From: Escherichia coli | GTDB lineage: Bacteria; Pseudomonadota; Gammaproteobacteria; Enterobacterales; Enterobacteriaceae | Reading direction: 5' to 3' (one strand) | Length of the DNA stretch: 64,000 nucleotides | NCBI RefSeq assembly: GCF_003334405.1 | Contig: NZ_QOWM01000001.1 | Part shown: in pieces, positions 62,738 to 64,000 of the stretch | Numbering within the stretch: position 1 is the first letter of the stretch | How the letters are laid out: each line of letters starts with the position of its first letter | Notes under the pieces: model-generated | Told to the model about the DNA's origin: nothing | Database searches by the model: none | The model's input: the letters and a program-made list of their open reading frames with translations, nothing else | Program-made: the position numbers and the translations under genes

Positions 62738-63013
62738 CTATCGCACAGGATGAATAAGATAATTCGCCTTTGTCGGAAAAGGGGGCGGCATTTCTTCTGT
62801 GAGGTTTAATGGTGGCGCATCTTCTCTCATCTTAAACAAAATCGCCTGTGATGGCTGAAGTTTTGTAGAGTGTGTGGTCGTCATCGCTGATGTTTTTTCA
62901 GTCTCTTTATAGCTCCTCTCACTTCCACCACCCGAAATGGAAAATGCAAAAACATTGCATGCCATAATAGAGACCAATAAAAATAAGCTGAAAAGTATTA
63001 AGTTTACTTTCAT
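62738..63013 (-). CDS. ypdI: small lipoprotein YpdI (91 aa)
   Basis: Signal peptide with lipobox-like MAC (LLVSIMACNVF); AT-rich. Confidence 0.75.
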   Translation of the reverse strand: MKVNLILFSLFLLVSIMACNVFAFSISGGGSERSYKETEKTSAMTTTHSTKLQPSQAILFKMREDAPPLNLTEEMPPPFPTKANYLIHPVR

Positions 63014-63155
63014 AGAAAGTTATCCTGAAAATGGTTCACTGAGAACCTACGATGTTATGGCTGTATTTACATTTAATTAATCAGTATTTACATCGATATA
63101 ATAAATGACATCTCTTTGTGGTATATAAGAATAGTTCTCTGCGACAGGAAGCATA

Positions 63156-63213
63156 TTCCTACAATTGTAAGACTAAAATACTTCTTGCGATAATAACTAC
63201 AACTGTAAGATAA
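63156..63213 (+). promoter_or_regulatory. two tandem EvgA-box-like inverted repeats upstream of yfdX
   Basis: ttcctacaattgtaagac (63156-63173) and aactacaactgtaagata (63195-63212) each resemble the EvgA half-site pair TACA-N2-TGTAAGA. Confidence 0.45.
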
Positions 63214-63308
63214 CCCTTTCAAAATGACCGTTGCTCTCTGATTTCTCATTTCATGCTCACCCAATATGATGGCGGCGTTTTCTAAAACTGTTAAAGAATG
63301 AGGTAAGT

Positions 63309-63944
63309 ATGAAACGTTTAATTATGGCCACGATGGTCACAGCAATTCTGGCATCTTCAACTGTATGGGCTGCTGATAATGCTCCGGTAGCGGCACAACA
63401 GCAAACTCAGCAAGTTCAGCAAACCCAGAAAACGGCAGCGGCAGCAGAGCGTATCTCTGAACAAGGTTTATATGCGATGCGTGACGTGCAGGTAGCGCGC
63501 CTGGCTCTGTTTCATGGCGATCCAGAAAAGGCAAAAGAACTGACCAATGAAGCTTCCGCTTTGCTGTCAGATGACAGTACCGAATGGGCAAAGTTCGCTA
63601 AGCCAGGTAAAAAGACCAATCTCAATGATGACCAATATATTGTCATTAATGCATCTGTCGGAATTTCTGAGAGTTATGTAGCAACTCCCGAAAAAGAAGC
63701 CGCGATAAAAATTGCCAATGAAAAAATGGCGAAAGGGGATAAAAAGGGCGCAATGGAAGAGCTTCGCCTGGCCGGTGTTGGCGTAATGGAAAACCAATAT
63801 CTGATGCCACTTAAACAGACTCGTAATGCACTTGCTGATGCGCAGAAACTGCTTGATAAAAAGCAATACTACGAGGCAAACCTGGCGCTTAAAGGTGCGG
63901 AAGATGGAATCATCGTCGATAGCGAAGCACTGTTTGTGAACTAA
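63309..63944 (+). CDS. yfdX: periplasmic protein YfdX (211 aa)
   Basis: Signal peptide ([21 protein letters not shown]) plus a helical Q/A-rich mature region. Confidence 0.88.
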   Translation: MKRLIMATMVTAILASSTVWAADNAPVAAQQQTQQVQQTQKTAAAAERISEQGLYAMRDVQVARLALFHGDPEKAKELTNEASALLSDDSTEWAKFAKPGKKTNLNDDQYIVINASVGISESYVATPEKEAAIKIANEKMAKGDKKGAMEELRLAGVGVMENQYLMPLKQTRNALADAQKLLDKKQYYEANLALKGAEDGIIVDSEALFVN

Positions 63945-64000
63945 TGCTGACAGGCAGTATATTGAGGTAAAGGATTTAACTCCCTCCAGCCGACAATTTT

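Overview
This 64-kb window is a gene-dense, syntenic stretch of an Escherichia coli-type core chromosome, read in the opposite orientation to the usual K-12 map. I did not find a convincing novel system: there is no CRISPR array, IS element, transposase, integrase, phage gene or foreign island, and every long ORF corresponds to a known E. coli gene of the expected length. Gene order is eutA' (3' part), eutBCLK, eutR, hemF-amiA, ypeA-yfeZ-yfeY-yfeX, yfeW-murP-murQ / murR, ucpA, cysPUWAM, yfeS-yfeK, pdxK, crr-ptsI-ptsH, cysK, cysZ, zipA, ligA-ypeB, yfeH, yfeR, yfeN, xapA-xapB-(small ORF)-xapR, tRNA-Lys + tRNA-Val, gltX, yfeD-yfeC, tRNA-Ala, pdeA, nupC, mntH, ypeC, yfeO, glk, fryB-fryC-ypdF-ypdE-fryA, ypdC-ypdB-ypdA, alaC, ypdK, lpxP, ypdI, yfdY, yfdX. 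All calls rest on reading the supplied ORF translations, motifs and synteny against remembered E. coli K-12 gene order; no database search was run. The most unusual sequence-level observation is a 60-bp perfect direct repeat (tRNA-Lys 3' end plus terminator) bracketing a 96-bp GC-rich insert next to lysV. Other points worth a second look are single-copy Val and Ala tRNA genes where K-12 (from memory) has tandem arrays, a contiguous eutA-eutB junction with no prophage, an unlisted 52-codon membrane-protein ORF between xapB and xapR, and several understudied loci (yfeS-yfeK, yfeC/yfeD, ypeC, the fry/ypd cluster).
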